Part shown: positions 60,485 through 64,000 of the stretch, one piece after another
Position numbering within the stretch: the first letter of the stretch is position 1
Layout of the letters: each line of letters opens with the position of its first letter
Assembly: GCA_047495785.1 (NCBI GenBank)
Contig: JBLDXI010000032.1
Location: 1,612,001-1,676,000, forward strand
Direction of reading: 5' to 3'
From: Lepidodermella squamata
Taxonomy: Eukaryota; Animalia; Gastrotricha
DNA length: 64,000 bases
Program-made: the position numbers and the translations under genes
Notes under the pieces: model-generated
Databases searched by the model: none
What the model saw: only the letters and a program-made list of their open reading frames with translations
Told to the model about the DNA's origin: nothing

Positions 60485-62965
60485 TTACGCCCTGGTTAAA
60501 ACTCGGTTTGATGAGGATCGACTTGACCCATATTGCCTGCGCGGATGCTCAGGCATTCCTTGGTCGTAAAAGTTGATTAAACCAGGGCAATTATAAATGT
60601 GCCATATATTACCTTGTATGATTAATACCGCAATCAAGCCCACTCCGACAAGTAAAGACGCGATTTCGGTTAGGACAGCCAGAAATCCATTATCATCCGC
60701 TCGCAGTAGCCCTACGAAAAAAGCTCCAGCCAACACAAGGACGGTTGAGTAAAGAAAGACCGACAGCGATCGAAGCTTTTTAGCTGATGGTTTCGCGGCG
60801 AGAAAATTTGCTATTAGTACAGTTTTCGAACTTTTCCCGAGAATAATCAGCTGTAGCATCCCTGCTAAGATCGCCAACATTTTTGAAGTAATCGTACCGT
60901 AAAACAGAGTGTCGAGTACAGCGCATTCATGACGAAACGGCTGGTGAGCTAAACTGGGATCTAATTGCGAAAATTCCATCTGGAATTTCACTTCCCTGAT
61001 TTTCAAGTCTCCTGCTTGAGAACTTGCTGAGATGAGAACAGCTTGAAAAAGTGAATAAAAGATAGCATAAACCATCGGTCGTCTCGAAAGGCGTGTTCGG
61101 GGCGCAGTTTTCTCATTGATCATTTCCTCAACAGACATTACAACCATTGAAAATCCTGTCCAGATTAGGATCACAACCGAAAAACACTGATTTTTAAGTT
61201 GCCAGTCTGGTGAGTTATCTGAATTTGATATTACGAAAATACTCGAAAGAATCAAAATTTGCCCGACGGCCCGACGGAAGACCAGAAAAAAGCTTTTGCC
61301 AGCTTTTACCGAGAGGTAGATTACCGCTAATAGGATAACCATTTCAACTAAGGCTACAAGTTGCAGGGTCACGCTTATTTCGAATCGTGTTAAAGGTACT
61401 GATTTACGGATAACTTCGACAGCATCCCTTGGTTTCTTACCATCGGGCGTTTCCCACTTCACTCTATCCCATAAAACAGTCAGCGGGTCTGGATTGTTAC
61501 TTTTGTAGTAGGCAATTACTGTTCTCTGAACAGAATAGCCGCCATTCGCCGATGTCTTGCTAACCTTTAACTGTCTGTACGATATTGGCATCGAGCCAAC
61601 TGACCACGCTGTCTTCGGGTCAAACGCAAAATCTCCCTTCATGCCACTCGTGAAAGGCAGGCTGTAAAGTCCTAACTTCAAGATTTCGACAATTTTAGAC
61701 CCATTCCTGCGAAAGTTCTCTGAATTTGTGAACCAATCCGATAGGGTCATGTTCTCTGACCTTAGGATAGCTTCAGTCTGGTTTAAGAGTAATCCTAATG
61801 CCAAGACTTTGTCGTAACTCATTGAGAAGAAGTTGTTGTAAAACCAAACATCTTTCAGTTTGGACTTGGCGTACGCATAGATTTCGTCGTTTGTGAGCCC
61901 GGTGAATTCTCTGTAACTTGGCCCGTAAACATCTGTTAAGGAGGATCCAAAAGACTCAGAACTCAAGGCATAGTTCAGGACGTCCATGATCATATCCTTA
62001 GAACACCACGACCTTAGAAACGGTGGAATTTCAGCTGTTTCGTCGTAATGTATCGTTGCCATGACAATGACGTAGCTAGGTCCGACCATTTTGAATTTAT
62101 GAAAGTAACAAGCTAGAGCTACGGTACTCAGGCTTTGCGTGACGATGATGCGTGGTTGCCGAGCCTGAAGTTCGGTGAAGCCTGAAGATAGCTCGTAGTC
62201 ATCTTCAGTGAACATTCGAAACCTAGCGAGATACACCAGAGCAACGTCGTGATGTTCAAACCATTTGACATAGCTTTCTTCTAGCATCGTGTCGAAAGGG
62301 CCATTATCTGATAGGACAGCAGCTCGTTTCCAGCCCATTTTCTGGATGAATTTAGCTAACCCGATGCCAATGTAGTCGCCCCTTTCACCTAAGCCGAAAT
62401 AATTTCGATAGCGATGTCTATTATTCCAAATATCGACGTGTTCTGGCGTGACACTAATGCCAATCACATCGTAATTTGCTATTATCAAAGCTGACAGTCG
62501 TTGGGCAGTCACTGAGCAATCATTGATGCCGAAAAGTGGGAATCTGTCGCTTGCTTCAGGATTTCTTTCCAAGATCCCAATTAATTTCAAAATAGTTGGA
62601 GGATCGAGACACTAAAATTATACGATTTACGTAAATTAAGGATGAATTTTTTACCTTACGTTTGAGTCGCTTATTTCAAGTTGCAGCTCGTAATTTGGCA
62701 ACCAACTTGGAAGGGACCGAAGTCTTTCCAAAGCAAAAGAGGCAGCGAGGGTTCCCAAGGGGCCAACTGCGAAAATAGGACTCTGATACTCAACAAAGAA
62801 TGGTATCTTAATGACTGTTCGGTTGCTGATGGAAATCGATGGATCTTCACTGTAAGTTGACGAGGTTACCAGCGAGGGTACCGGGCTATCGATACTCCAT
62901 ATGGCCACATTAGCCCGAAAAAGGGAGAAAGAAATCGCTGCAAAGAAAGTCTGCAAGTTAGACAT
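60485..62965 (-). CDS. Divergent class C GPCR (GABA-B-like: Venus-flytrap domain + 7TM), ~790-810 aa
   Basis: Exons 62965-62660 and 62611-60485 (48-nt intron; a further in-frame 54-nt intron at 60612-60559 is possible). LPNYELQLEISDSN|C, NRHRYRNYF, MGWKRAAVL, QPRIIV, CYFHKFKMVGPSYV; seven hydrophobic segments and no Cys-rich linker. Confidence 0.8.
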
Positions 62966-63210
62966 GAGAGGCAAAATATCGTAATAACCTTATAGGCGTT
63001 CTAGGAAATTATGTAGGAATCGTCCACGCATGAACCGGCGAGCCAGTGTGAACGCGTCATAGAAAACGTCATAGTATGCCTAATTTTGCGATTTAAAGGC
63101 TCTCGTGTAACAAGAGAATTCTAATTTTGGCGAAACTACGTGACCGAGCTTCAAGTTGACTACATGTTTTCAATTTTATACAATAACTGACGTCATTATT
63201 ATATGCAAGT

Positions 63211-63867
63211 ATTACGTATCTTTTATTTGACATGATTGTGTTGGGGCCCGAGTCCGAATTCTGCCCGTACGCGTTCGGGCCGGCCCGTCCGCAGACGGGT
63301 AAGAATGATTTGCCGCTCCGCGCTCGGGCCGCTTTAAAACATGCCCATATGCGACGTTTACTGTAAATTTAACAAATTCGAAGGAATCACGCTTCACCGC
63401 ACACGGGCCGGCCAAGGTGTTGGCCCGAGCACGGCGGAGAACAATAGGAACCAGCGCTATTGTTCAGCGCCGCACTCGGGCCGCCGGGCTCGGGCATCTG
63501 GAATCGAGCCGTCGGGCTTGGGTCGCCGGGCTTGGGTCATCCTACAACCAACGCCCGACCCGATAACTGTATCAAGTCCCGGCCCGAACCCGGCGGCCCG
63601 GGTACGGCGCGCGCGAGTCCCTAACAATAGTGCTGGTTCCTATTGTTCTCCGCCGTGCTCGGGCCAACACCTTGGCCGGCCCGTGTGCGGTGAAGCGTGA
63701 TTTCTTCGAATTTGTTAAATTTACAGTAAACGTCGCATATGGGCATGTTACAGACTGGCCCGAGCGCGGAGTGGTAAAGTGCTGTTACCCGGTCGCATAC
63801 GGGCCGGCCCGAACGCGTACGGGCCGAAGTCGGGCTCGGGCCCCAACAATTGTACATCAAAATACGT
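63211..63867. mobile_element. ~650-bp foldback/MITE-like palindromic element
   Basis: Arms ~63214-63495 and ~63590-63867 are reverse complements. The 63338-63464 segment matches 63623-63749 with only 2 mismatches by my reading. Rich in GGCCCG/CGGGCC. TGCAAGT flanks both sides. Confidence 0.85.
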
Positions 63868-64000
63868 TGCAAGTGTCTTTCGCAGCCATACGAGAGCCGT
63901 TGGGACAGCTAAAAGCTTTCCTGAATCCTTCGAAATGGGACAAGGCTGCATTGACGCGTAACATAGGATGCGAATGTTGACCTTCTCTGTCGAATGCGAC

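Noticed and set aside
63212-63980. Several ORFs on both strands with near-identical peptides (MPICDVYCKFNKFE...)
   Set aside because: An artefact of the GC-rich palindrome; no recognisable domain.

Overview
Compact eukaryotic (animal) genomic DNA with GT-AG introns, mostly 47-60 nt, plus some longer AT-rich ones. An outer-arm axonemal dynein gene implies an organism with motile cilia or flagella. In order: the 5' end of a DNAH5/8-like gene (-) arranged head-to-head with a puromycin-sensitive aminopeptidase (+); a 16-exon, ~2970-aa single-pass mosaic receptor (MAM, Sushi, PAN, mucin, EB-like and six copies of an unnamed domain); and a ~37-kb enzyme-rich block. That block holds nine intact clan-2 cytochrome P450s and a pseudogene, two GT31 (C1GALT1-like) glycosyltransferases, two cytosolic sulfotransferases and a relic, an M13 peptidase, and a secreted proprotein whose spliced C-terminus carries a Hedgehog/peptidase-M15-type H-x6-D motif missed by the ORF track. 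After it come a catalytically dead M13 homologue, a class C (GABA-B-like) GPCR and a ~650-bp foldback element. The P450 promoters share a 14-bp motif multiplied by local inverted duplications. All family assignments come from motif recognition by eye, not database searches. Exon models were traced by hand, checking splice sites and phase.
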